Positions 27,340 to 37,753 of a DNA stretch of 64,000 nt are shown in pieces. The stretch covers positions 10,574-74,573 of the forward strand of contig JBJLJN010000009.1 in NCBI GenBank assembly GCA_045559735.1. Direction: 5' to 3'. The notes under the pieces were generated by a model. The model was given only the letters and a program-made list of their open reading frames with translations. It made no database searches and was not told where the DNA came from. The translations under genes were made by a program, and so were the position numbers. The DNA is from Candidatus Thalassarchaeum sp. GTDB lineage: Archaea > Thermoplasmatota > Poseidoniia > Poseidoniales > Thalassarchaeaceae. How positions within the stretch are numbered: the stretch's first letter is position 1; each line of letters starts with the position of its first letter.

Positions 27340-30269
27340 CACTTTGTGATAATAGCCTCGGAATCGCGACTATCGAGAATCACCTTGAGTGGGTGCTCCA
27401 GTCTGACATGTCTGAGAGGTCCGAACTCAGTAGCTGGCTTGAACGAGTCCAGCCAATCCCAGTCGAGGTAGTCGTTCGGGCCGATTGTGAGGTAGCCGAT
27501 GTTGAATGTGATGATGTTCTGGAAGAAGTGCGTGCCTTGGGAAGGCTCAACATGGATGTCAGCCATTGGGACCTCTACTATCGCCCTAGACCCCATAATC
27601 TGCTCCCATTGCACTGGAATCCCTAATGAGGGGTCAGATGAGCCCCATCTTCCAGGGCCTATCAGGACGTAAGGCCGTTCCTCTTCCCTTAGGGCCGCAT
27701 CAATCGCCTCTATATCCGACGTCAGGTCAGACGTTTGCAATCTATCTAGCCTTTCGGGATGAACGTAAACGACATCACGTACATCCTCGATGACGCCGTT
27801 GCCCAGGGATTGACTACAGGTGCAGATTGCCTTGTCCTTGTCGACATCTTCCAGATCGACATCGATGTCAACCGACTCGTCCATCATGGGACGTACCTGA
27901 AGTATGGCGAAACGCTTCGAGCCGGAGGAGTCTATAGATACAGCGAACTCAATCTCAACGGGGGATCCGATGTAGTTCTCGCAGGACGTCAAGACACGGT
28001 GAAGAATCTCGGACAGTGGGAATCTACCGTGCTTCAAAACTGGGGCGAAAGTGACGATTCTGGGGCCTCCTTCAACTTTCACCGAGTCTACAATCCGGTC
28101 GTCAGATGTGATGTACGTCGAGCCGACGAGAGTCAGACAACCGTCCTCTTCCGCCTCCTCGAGACCCAGATTTAGCAGATTATCTTCCTCGGATGGATAA
28201 ACAGAACCACCCTCCTGCCTCATTGGAATAGCGAAGAAGGATCTCTGTGAGGTATCGAGAGTGGATTGGTTGTTGTGAAATTGGTGAATCCTACGTGGTT
28301 GTGCAGGGCTGTATCTGAGGCACTTCCCTCCAGTTGCTACCTGCCTTCCCAAGCCTATGCATATCGCTGCAATGCCATCTTCTGAAAGCAAGGGCTCCAC
28401 AGGGTAGTGGTTGTGACTCCTAGCAGCGCCTGAAATCATAGGATAGAACCTGCCATTCACTTCATCCCCAATCAGCTCCTGAATAACCACAGCCATCCTC
28501 TCGTCCTCAATGGTGCTCGGTGTTGCTGTTACATATCCCTTGGCGGCCCTATGGTAAGTCGATGCGTAAACCAACTTAACTGCCTCAAGCAGCCTCCTGA
28601 GCCGCACTTCAAACTCAGGATGATCATTGGCCAGCATGTAGGTCGAGTACACGCCAGAGAATGGCTGATGACTCGAGTCCTCAAGCAGGCTCGACGAACG
28701 CACAGCGAGTGGCCAATCGGCGTTTTCGATAATTTCGGAGAACTCGTCCACCACATCAGATCTGAACTCGGCTTGTAGGAATGCCGAATCTACAGTTTCG
28801 TCATCGTGGTCCTCGTATGCGAATCTAGCCAGTTCATTGTCCCCCAAAAAGTCCTCAAATATGTCAGTCGCCACAACAATAGAGCGAGGGATGACGAACT
28901 CAACCTCGGGGTGAGACTTGCCCAGTCCGAGGTCAGGCATTCTTGTGAAAAAGAAGGCAAGCCCTCTTCCCTTTCCACCTAGGCTGCCCCTTCCAATCCT
29001 CTGGAAGCCAACTCCTCCTGCACTGGAGTCGAAGTCCCTGATGGTACGCATCCTGACTTGTTCGATGTGTTCTCTGAGCAAATCGGTCAGATACTTCCTG
29101 ACTCCTTCGGGTGTCCCGAAGTCATCAATCGTCATCGGCCTCATTCGCGCAGCAAGCGAGAATTCTGTACGTGTCCTCAGCCAGTGTGAGAACTGGTTCC
29201 TACGCGCATGATGCTCAATGCTTTCAAGAGGCGCGGAATCAATTCCTCCGGTCAACTCCTTGAGATTGGATGCTCTGCCGATTTCCTCTCCGTCGGGCAT
29301 TCGGAATACGAAATCGCCGAAGTTCATCTCCTCGACCATGAAGTCCTCTATGCCTTGGTACAACTGACTGTCTTCTTTGTGCAGGAACCTGACTCCAAGT
29401 GCCTCAGCCTCTTCGCGTAACTCCAAGTTCTTCGATTGGAAGAGAATCGGAAGGTAACGATGCCCCTGCTGTGCGTACCTGACGAGCTCTAGGCCTGCAG
29501 TATCACGATCCCCTCCTTCATTCGGGAATCTGCCATCTGTGAATACCCCGATGAGGTTCTTCTGGTACCGATTGATAATCGACTTAGCAGATTCCATATC
29601 CGAGGCTAGGAGAATCTTGGCCCTGGCTCGAAGCCTCAGGAGCTTCTCGTGCAGATTGCCTCCTTCGCCCATGAGTCGAGTAGTCTGATTCACAAGCTGA
29701 GTGTAAAGCAATGGCAGATAGGCAGAGTAGAATCGCCTACTGTCCTCGACCAGAAGAATCACTTGGACGTCCCCGTCCCTTACGTCATTCTCCACATTCC
29801 TCTCGTCTTCAATCAGCTTGCAGATTGATAGCAAGATCCTGCTGTCTCCTGTCCATACAAAGATTCTGTCGATCCCTTCGTCTGCACTAAGGGTCGCTAG
29901 CTCCCGGGTATTGTGACTCAGCATCATGACGGGCATACCAGGTCTGATTCGTTTCGCCTCTATGCCGAATGCATTTACATCCATGTCGCCGACTCTGGCC
30001 ATCGTGATGACTACGTCGAAGTCTCGACTCTGTAGGAGAAGGAGAGCATCTCTGGCCTCAGGACTGTGGATGATTCGAGGCGACTGAGACAGGTTGAGGT
30101 CCGAGTACTCCTGCCTCATTATTTCTGCCAGATACCCTGATTCCTCGAGTAGGTAGTGATCGAAGTGGCTGGCTACCAGTAAAACATCGCGTACCCTGAA
30201 AGGGGTCAGTCTCTCGAACCGGCTCCAGTCCGACATCCCCTTGTCCATGCTGCCGGATGGGCGCTCCAC
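27339..30269 (-). CDS. 976-aa pseudo-receiver + receiver + PEP/pyruvate-binding (PPDK_N-like ATP-grasp) protein
   Basis: REC1 is degenerate (VLLVAS, DVVITM). REC2 is intact (ILLVEDS, GVFTDGRFP, ILFQSKN, FLHK). ATP-grasp/PPDK_N-like motifs are GRGSLGGKGRGLAFF, VAVRSSSLLEDS, GPGRWGSSDPSLGIPV and SQGTHFFQN. The start is GTG 30269, with ATG 30248 as an alternative. Confidence 0.8.
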   Translation of the reverse strand: MERPSGSMDKGMSDWSRFERLTPFRVRDVLLVASHFDHYLLEESGYLAEIMRQEYSDLNLSQSPRIIHSPEARDALLLLQSRDFDVVITMARVGDMDVNAFGIEAKRIRPGMPVMMLSHNTRELATLSADEGIDRIFVWTGDSRILLSICKLIEDERNVENDVRDGDVQVILLVEDSRRFYSAYLPLLYTQLVNQTTRLMGEGGNLHEKLLRLRARAKILLASDMESAKSIINRYQKNLIGVFTDGRFPNEGGDRDTAGLELVRYAQQGHRYLPILFQSKNLELREEAEALGVRFLHKEDSQLYQGIEDFMVEEMNFGDFVFRMPDGEEIGRASNLKELTGGIDSAPLESIEHHARRNQFSHWLRTRTEFSLAARMRPMTIDDFGTPEGVRKYLTDLLREHIEQVRMRTIRDFDSSAGGVGFQRIGRGSLGGKGRGLAFFFTRMPDLGLGKSHPEVEFVIPRSIVVATDIFEDFLGDNELARFAYEDHDDETVDSAFLQAEFRSDVVDEFSEIIENADWPLAVRSSSLLEDSSHQPFSGVYSTYMLANDHPEFEVRLRRLLEAVKLVYASTYHRAAKGYVTATPSTIEDERMAVVIQELIGDEVNGRFYPMISGAARSHNHYPVEPLLSEDGIAAICIGLGRQVATGGKCLRYSPAQPRRIHQFHNNQSTLDTSQRSFFAIPMRQEGGSVYPSEEDNLLNLGLEEAEEDGCLTLVGSTYITSDDRIVDSVKVEGGPRIVTFAPVLKHGRFPLSEILHRVLTSCENYIGSPVEIEFAVSIDSSGSKRFAILQVRPMMDESVDIDVDLEDVDKDKAICTCSQSLGNGVIEDVRDVVYVHPERLDRLQTSDLTSDIEAIDAALREEERPYVLIGPGRWGSSDPSLGIPVQWEQIMGSRAIVEVPMADIHVEPSQGTHFFQNIITFNIGYLTIGPNDYLDWDWLDSFKPATEFGPLRHVRLEHPLKVILDSRDSEAIITK

Positions 30270-30287
30270 GCATCAAGGTTCAGACTG

Positions 30288-30295
30288 GTAAATTA
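30288..30295 (-). promoter_or_regulatory. TATA-like box (TAATTTAC on minus strand) upstream of the 976-aa gene
   Basis: It is an A/T-rich octamer about 22 nt upstream of GTG 30269 and about 43 nt upstream of ATG 30248. Confidence 0.4.
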
Positions 30296-30301
30296 GGGTG
30301 C

Positions 30302-30319
30302 CCCGCACGAATGTGCGGG
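30302..30319. promoter_or_regulatory. Inverted repeat CCCGCAC-GAAT-GTGCGGG just upstream of the TATA-like box
   Basis: A perfect 7-bp palindrome arm pair read from the sequence. Its position relative to the TATA/BRE fits either a regulator site or an RNA hairpin. Confidence 0.4.
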
Positions 30320-30460
30320 ACGGTGTGTGTGATTATCAAAGATGATTGTCCCTTCTCAAGTGATTGGACGTTCTAGGCGCCTCTCGAGCATCGTATCCGG
30401 CTGCATTGGAGAGTTTGGCCCTACGGACGAGCCCTCGCAGGCCGTGAATGGTTTGGGCGA

Positions 30461-30490
30461 GGGGGCGCCTGTGACGCCCCCCCGCATTTT
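30461..30490 (+). terminator. GC-rich hairpin GGGGGCG-CCTGTGA-CGCCCCC followed by a T-run (CCGCATTTT), terminator-like on the plus strand
   Basis: Read from the sequence. No annotated plus-strand gene ends here, so its role is unclear (see findings). Confidence 0.3.
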
Positions 30491-30521
30491 CGTGCATCCC
30501 ATCATCGCTCAATCTCTCACC

Positions 30522-30872
30522 TCATAGAGCGTTCGAATCTTCATCGAAGCGCGCACGCAGTTCATCCATGCGCATCTCGAGGACCCTGTCTACAGTAGTC
30601 CCCTCCAGTGTCGCCTTAGCGATGTGAGCGCGAGCTGCCTGGCGCAGAACAGAAGAGGGAGCCTCCCCGTGCAACTTACAGAAATCCCTCATCCTAGCCG
30701 TCAAATCGGGACCAAGGTCGACCTCGACCCGCTCTCCCATCGAAGGTAGAGGAGATGCTAGGTACCTGCGAACAGCCTCCCGGATAACATCGGACCTGTT
30801 TCTCATGCCATCGAAACCCACTCTATGGTCGATTTCGAGCAAGTGATCCTCAGGTATTCTCAGCGACACCAT
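30522..30872 (-). CDS. Ribbon-helix-helix (CopG/Arc/MetJ-type) DNA-binding protein with two tandem RHH units
   Basis: MVSLRIPEDHLLEIDHRV...RNRSDVIREAVRRYL is the first RHH unit and VEVDLGPDLTARMRDFCKLHGEAPSSVLRQAARAHI is the second. ATG 30870-30872 is chosen because the longer ORF to 31091 runs through the A/T-rich promoter region. Confidence 0.7.
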   Translation of the reverse strand: MVSLRIPEDHLLEIDHRVGFDGMRNRSDVIREAVRRYLASPLPSMGERVEVDLGPDLTARMRDFCKLHGEAPSSVLRQAARAHIAKATLEGTTVDRVLEMRMDELRARFDEDSNAL

Positions 30873-30932
30873 CGGACTGATACCGGCCACCTCGCATTCC
30901 TCCTGAGTCTGGCAGACCGGGTAGGGCCTATT

Positions 30933-30979
30933 AATTGTATTGCAAATGAAATACAATTGAATTACAATAATTCTGACAA
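30933..30979. promoter_or_regulatory. Candidate operator: inverted repeat ATTGTATT-N8-AATACAAT plus phased (T/G)ACAAT half-sites
   Basis: The inverted repeat is ATTGTATT 30933-30940 and AATACAAT 30949-30956, which are perfect reverse complements. TACAAT occurs at 30951 and 30962 and GACAAT at 30974, giving 11-12 nt phasing. All lie in the divergent RHH/HD spacer. Confidence 0.5.
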
Positions 30980-31064
30980 TCGAATGTAATCTGCCAATAC
31001 TGCAGCGATTCGGGATAGTGCGATTCAAGGCAGAGTGTCCTTTCGCAGCCCCGCAGGGTATGCG

Positions 31065-32381
31065 ATGAAGGTAATCAACGACGCCATTCACGGGCAGTTT
31101 AGAATTGATGGTGTCAGAGCAGATCTACTGAGCACCCCTGAGATGAACAAGCTCAGTCACATCAAGCAACTTGGACTGGCTCACCTTGTATTCCCGGGAG
31201 CTCATCACACCCGTTTTGAGCACTCTCTGGGGGTGTCTCACATCGCAGGTATGATGGCTGAGTCATTGGGTCTGGATGAGCATGAGACAAATACCGTTCA
31301 GGCTGCTGCAATGCTGCACGATGTAGGTCACGGCCCGTACTCACATACTCTCGAGCATATCTTGCACGAGCGTGGAGGCATGGATCATATGTCCATCACC
31401 GAGGGAATCATCGTCGGAGATTACGATGTGCTAAGGGAGGGGGAGGAGTCATCGGTACCGAATCGCAGAACCATCCCTGAGATTCTCGAATCGCACAGTC
31501 TTGATCCCAAGGAGGTCGCCGGGCTGATCAGAGGCCCGGGAGCAGGCGGAACCGAGCGTTCTCTGAGCGCTTGGACTGCTGGAAAGGAGGACTTCGTGGA
31601 TCAGGACCTAACTCTTGCTCACCTAGTGCACGGGCCTGTCGATTGTGACCAGCTCGACTACCTGCTTAGGGACTCTCATTTCACAGGAGTAAAGCACGGT
31701 GTAGTTGACCACAGGAGACTGATTATGTGTCTTGAGAGGCATGGGGGTGATATCGCAGTCGAGGAGGGAGGACTCCCCGCGCTTGAGGGCATGATGATGG
31801 CCCGAGCCCTGATGTATAGTGCGGTTTACTTCCACCGAGTCACCAGAGTCACAGAGGTAATGCTTTCCAGAGCGGTAGAGAGGAGCTCAGACAGCCTACC
31901 GGATTCGATAGACCTGCAGCGTCGAGTGGACGCTGAGATTTGGGAGGCCTTGGCCGGGGCTGGAGACTACGCCCAAGATATGATCCGCCGCCTAAAGTAC
32001 AGGCAACTGCTCAAGGTGTGCGCAAGCAGACGCAGGGAGGACTTGAGTGAGCAGCAGGCCTCAAATCTGCTGAGTATAGTCGAGAGTCCCGAGAACCGAC
32101 GCCAGTTTGAGGACGATATTGCCCACCGCGCCGGACTCCCTCCCGGCTATGTTGCAGTCGATGTTCCGAACATCAAACTCCTCCTCGCAGAACCTCGCAT
32201 GTCTCAGGTCGATGTCAGGATTCTAGGTGACGACGGGAGGACTCGCTGGTTCCGCGAACACACCCCAATCGCTGATGCACTTAGGAGTCGACAAGTCAGC
32301 CAGGCAGCAGTGTATGTGATTACTCTACCAGAATACCAGAAGAAAGTGGCGCAGTTGGCCGAAAGACACCTATTCTCCTGA
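31065..32381 (+). CDS. HD-domain phosphohydrolase (SAMHD1/dGTPase-like dNTP triphosphohydrolase family)
   Basis: RFEHSLGVSHIAG, AAMLHDVGHGPYSH and DCDQLDYLLRDSHFTGV are present. ATG 31065 is preferred over GTG 31035. Confidence 0.8.
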   Translation: MKVINDAIHGQFRIDGVRADLLSTPEMNKLSHIKQLGLAHLVFPGAHHTRFEHSLGVSHIAGMMAESLGLDEHETNTVQAAAMLHDVGHGPYSHTLEHILHERGGMDHMSITEGIIVGDYDVLREGEESSVPNRRTIPEILESHSLDPKEVAGLIRGPGAGGTERSLSAWTAGKEDFVDQDLTLAHLVHGPVDCDQLDYLLRDSHFTGVKHGVVDHRRLIMCLERHGGDIAVEEGGLPALEGMMMARALMYSAVYFHRVTRVTEVMLSRAVERSSDSLPDSIDLQRRVDAEIWEALAGAGDYAQDMIRRLKYRQLLKVCASRRREDLSEQQASNLLSIVESPENRRQFEDDIAHRAGLPPGYVAVDVPNIKLLLAEPRMSQVDVRILGDDGRTRWFREHTPIADALRSRQVSQAAVYVITLPEYQKKVAQLAERHLFS

Positions 32382-32428
32382 CATTATCGGACATATAGTA
32401 CGCTGAATGTATCGACATCCTTTGATGA

Positions 32429-34602
<2,174 letters not shown>

Positions 34603-36720
34603 TCACTCACCTCCTGTCATTCCCAGCCCGGGTATCCTAGTGGTCTCCTCCAGCCTCCTGAGCAACAAGGCCAAGGTCCATGTAATCACGAAATAGGATA
34701 CCAGCACCATACCCCAAGTATATGCCATCTGGAATGTGACCGCAGTGATGAGTTTACCCTGCCTCGTTAGCTCAGCGTATCCGATTACCATGGCCAGTGA
34801 TGAATTGAGTACCAGATTGACCATCTCATTGCCCATAGGTGGAATGCAGATTCTGATGGCCTGAGGCAATATGATTCGCCTCATAGTCTGCATATAGGTT
34901 AGCCCAATGCTCCTACCAGCCTCCATCTGGGCCGAGGGAATTGCTTGAATGGCCCCTCGGATGGTCTCACATTGATATGCTCCTGAGTTGAATCCCAGAG
35001 CGCATATTGCGCTGATGTATGCTCTGTCATTGAGAAACTCATCTCTAATGAATCCGGCTAGACCACTAGTCGAGTCCTCAAGTAAAGCCTGAGCAGGCTC
35101 CTGAATTAATCTGCCCAGCTGGAGTCCGAAGTGGATGAACATGAATTGCACGATTAGTGGCGTGTTGCGGAAGAAGTCAGTGTATACCGTGGCTATCGTA
35201 TTCAGAGGCCTGACACCCCACGGGTTGAGTTTAATTCCCCTGATATTCAACTTTGAGAACTTGCCATCATTGGTCATGAATAGAACTCCTACGAAGGTCA
35301 GAGCAATTCCTAACAGAACTCTGCCGAAGGCCCTAGGCTCTCCGACAGGTACGAAGATGTTCTCGACTCCGTCAAGCCCCAAATCAGTGATGACCGGGAT
35401 AGCGATATAGAACTGAATCAGGCCACCAACAGCGATTACCAATCCGGCCAGTCTGACGTGTTTCGAGTCGAACCGCTCTACCATGTATTTCATAGAAGTG
35501 GGCGAGGTCTTGCACATCGCCAGAGTCACTCCGAATAGGAATCCCATCACTATGCCGAAGACGACAATCTTGATGGTAGCGATGAAACCAGCGAATAACA
35601 TGTCCTTGGAGTAGTCAACGAAGTTGTCAAAGTCGTTGAAATTGACTACTTCGAAGCCAATCTGCTCATCTTCTCCTGCTCGATCAGTCCACAACACAAC
35701 CCCACTTTCTCCGACTACGACCCCATCGAAACCATCGATCATGGCAACATCATTGAGCGATGTGTTATTCCCCAATGGGTTGATTTGCTGTCTGACAATG
35801 TTTCCTCCATCATTGCTCATTGAGACATAACCATCAGCACCGACCAATAGGAACTTGTTCGTCGAGACAACATCGATTGACGTGACTTGAACTCCCAGCG
35901 AAGAAAGTCTTCCTATGAATTCGTTGCTCCCAGGAGGGTAATGCCTCTCGATATCAACAAGATTCCAGAGGAAACCCACATCAGTCGTCCCCTCGCGAGC
36001 GGACTTGATGATGTGACCCTGATCGGTCACGGCGTAGATTCTGACAGCGCTGTAGAACTCTACTGAAACAATAGGTCGCTCGATGACCTCACTGGGAGCG
36101 TCCCTGTAGTCCCAAGATTGACCCCCATCCTCCGAGAAAATGATGGTACCATTGGTTCCCACTACCACTCCAAGATTGCCATCAAGGAAGGAAACGTCAA
36201 GCAGGTCCTCGTCCACGCCAGTCTGCACTTCTGTCCATGTGCCACCGTAGAATCTCCACATCTTACCCTCATCGCCCACTGCAACCAAGCTGCTGTTACT
36301 AGTCAATGAGATGCTGTTGACCGACTCAGACAGAGGAATTTCTGACCATTCCGCACCAGAGTCTGACTTCAAAAGAACGATTCCCGATTCCCCAGCTACC
36401 GCCAGAGCGCCGAAGGCCGAATCACAGTGGTGGATATCAGCACTGGTAGCGGAGTCGGAGACCTCCCAAGTCTGCCCGAAGTCACTGCTATTCAGCATCA
36501 CACCTCCTTCGCCGAAGGCCCAGATCTGATCATCCAATGTTTCAGCACAATTCAAATCATGCTGATTTCCCGAGTCCGAAACATACCAGCCACTTCGGTA
36601 GTTCGCAGCCTGACTGGTGCCGACTAACCCCAGTAATAGGATAAGTGCGACAATAGGAAACACTCGACTTGTGCCAGAGTGCCTGTGCCTACGGGATAGG
36701 GGTGCCGACTCTGGCATCAT
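34603..36720 (-). CDS. Fusion protein: extracellular BNR/Ycf48-like beta-propeller + polar amino-acid ABC permease
   Basis: There is a signal anchor (VFPIVALILLLGLVG) and Asp-box-like repeats (SSDFGQTWE, KSDSGAEWS, SEDGGQSWD, MSNDGGN). Permease motifs follow: FFRNTPLIVQFMF and the EAA loop EAGRSIGLTYMQTMRRIILPQA. Confidence 0.85.
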   Translation of the reverse strand: MMPESAPLSRRHRHSGTSRVFPIVALILLLGLVGTSQAANYRSGWYVSDSGNQHDLNCAETLDDQIWAFGEGGVMLNSSDFGQTWEVSDSATSADIHHCDSAFGALAVAGESGIVLLKSDSGAEWSEIPLSESVNSISLTSNSSLVAVGDEGKMWRFYGGTWTEVQTGVDEDLLDVSFLDGNLGVVVGTNGTIIFSEDGGQSWDYRDAPSEVIERPIVSVEFYSAVRIYAVTDQGHIIKSAREGTTDVGFLWNLVDIERHYPPGSNEFIGRLSSLGVQVTSIDVVSTNKFLLVGADGYVSMSNDGGNIVRQQINPLGNNTSLNDVAMIDGFDGVVVGESGVVLWTDRAGEDEQIGFEVVNFNDFDNFVDYSKDMLFAGFIATIKIVVFGIVMGFLFGVTLAMCKTSPTSMKYMVERFDSKHVRLAGLVIAVGGLIQFYIAIPVITDLGLDGVENIFVPVGEPRAFGRVLLGIALTFVGVLFMTNDGKFSKLNIRGIKLNPWGVRPLNTIATVYTDFFRNTPLIVQFMFIHFGLQLGRLIQEPAQALLEDSTSGLAGFIRDEFLNDRAYISAICALGFNSGAYQCETIRGAIQAIPSAQMEAGRSIGLTYMQTMRRIILPQAIRICIPPMGNEMVNLVLNSSLAMVIGYAELTRQGKLITAVTFQMAYTWGMVLVSYFVITWTLALLLRRLEETTRIPGLGMTGGE

Positions 36721-36800
36721 GGGTCATACCCTTCACTTGCATCAGATATAGATTAGGCGGAAGCAGTGACACTCAGCTATACATCAATTTCAGATTAGCA

Positions 36801-36808
36801 ATATTAAT
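36801..36808 (+). promoter_or_regulatory. TATA-like box (ATATTAAT) about 29 nt upstream of purC ATG 36834
   Basis: The spacing fits a leaderless promoter and supports the shorter purC start. Confidence 0.45.
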
Positions 36809-36833
36809 TGAGGCGATTAATCTAGCTTATGCC

Positions 36834-37745
36834 ATGGGCGAGTTACTTTACGCTGGAAAGGTCAAGCAGGTATGGAGTACAGACAATCCAGATGTGCTGG
36901 AGTTCAGATACACCGACCAGATTTCCGTTTACGACCAGATCATCCCTTCATTGATTCCGCGCAAGGGCGAGAGTCTGAATCGGACGACCTGCCACTGGTT
37001 CGACCTAATCTCTCAGGAAGGCATTTGTGACACCCATCTGATTGAGATGAACGCTCCCGACAGGTGCCTAGCCAAGCGCTTCGAGGTGATCAAGGAGCCC
37101 GGGGCCATACCCAGAGATCTGGAGAATGTGTTCGTTCCGCTTGAGGTGATATGCAGACATCATCTGGCAGGCTCGGGATGGCGCCGCTATTCCAAGGGCG
37201 AGGTCGGAGCTGAGGAATTCGGCTTTGAGCCGGGAACAGAGATTGAGGCGAACTGCAAGCTACCACAGCCGTATCTCGAGGTGTCAACTAAGTTCGAGTC
37301 GTTCGACCGACTTCTGGACAGAGAGGAGGCATTGCAGATATCCAATCTGACTGAGGAGGAGTTCGACTCGATTTTGGATGCAGTACTCAAGATTGATGCG
37401 ATTATTGAGAGAGAAGCCGGAAAGCGAGGACTGATTCACGTTGACGGGAAGAAGGAGTTCGCGCTAGGCCCTGGTAGAAAGCCAGTTCTAGTTGATTCGT
37501 TCGGCACCCTTGATGAGGACAGATGGTGGGATGCTGAAATCTATTCCGAAGGCAGAATAGAATCCTTATCCAAGGAGTTCGTTAGAGAGCACTACATCGA
37601 CATCGGCCATCACCAAGCACTGTACGACGCGAGAGAGAAGGGACTTGTAGAGCCCCCTATCCCGGCTCTACCTCAGAAGATGATCGACAATACGGCACAG
37701 TTGTACGCTTCTATGTACGAACGCCTCACCGGGAATGAGTTTTGA
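36834..37745 (+). CDS. purC: Phosphoribosylaminoimidazole-succinocarboxamide (SAICAR) synthase
   Basis: MGELLYAGKVKQVWSTDNPDVLEFRYTDQISVYD matches the PurC N-terminus. The ORF extension back to 36669 overlaps the permease start and is rejected. Confidence 0.85.
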   Translation: MGELLYAGKVKQVWSTDNPDVLEFRYTDQISVYDQIIPSLIPRKGESLNRTTCHWFDLISQEGICDTHLIEMNAPDRCLAKRFEVIKEPGAIPRDLENVFVPLEVICRHHLAGSGWRRYSKGEVGAEEFGFEPGTEIEANCKLPQPYLEVSTKFESFDRLLDREEALQISNLTEEEFDSILDAVLKIDAIIEREAGKRGLIHVDGKKEFALGPGRKPVLVDSFGTLDEDRWWDAEIYSEGRIESLSKEFVREHYIDIGHHQALYDAREKGLVEPPIPALPQKMIDNTAQLYASMYERLTGNEF

Positions 37746-37753
37746 GGTAGGCG

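Noticed and set aside
30270-30521. Possible C/D-box sRNA (GATGATGG on the minus strand near 30500, CTGA near 30284)
   Set aside because: The C-box is imperfect (AUGAUGG, not RUGAUGA). The boxes are also about 220 nt apart, far longer than archaeal C/D sRNAs.
30342-30527. 61-aa plus-strand ORF in the GC-rich spacer
   Set aside because: It has no TATA or ribosome-binding motif at a suitable distance, and it runs through the hairpin and into the RHH stop. I keep it only as part of the spacer finding.
30873-31091. N-terminal 73-aa extension of the RHH ORF
   Set aside because: The extension crosses the A/T-rich divergent promoter/operator region and overlaps the HD gene start. Its translation is hydrophobic nonsense, and the RHH fold begins right at Met 30872.
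31065-32381. HD dGTPase-like gene as a stand-alone anti-phage dNTP-depletion system
   Set aside because: HD phosphohydrolases of this size and motif set are near-universal housekeeping genes in Euryarchaeota-type genomes. Nothing in the sequence marks this copy as accessory. Only its regulation by the RHH protein is flagged.
36669-36833. 5' extension of the purC ORF
   Set aside because: It overlaps the permease start on the other strand and contains the TATA-like box. The PurC homology begins at MGELLYAGK.
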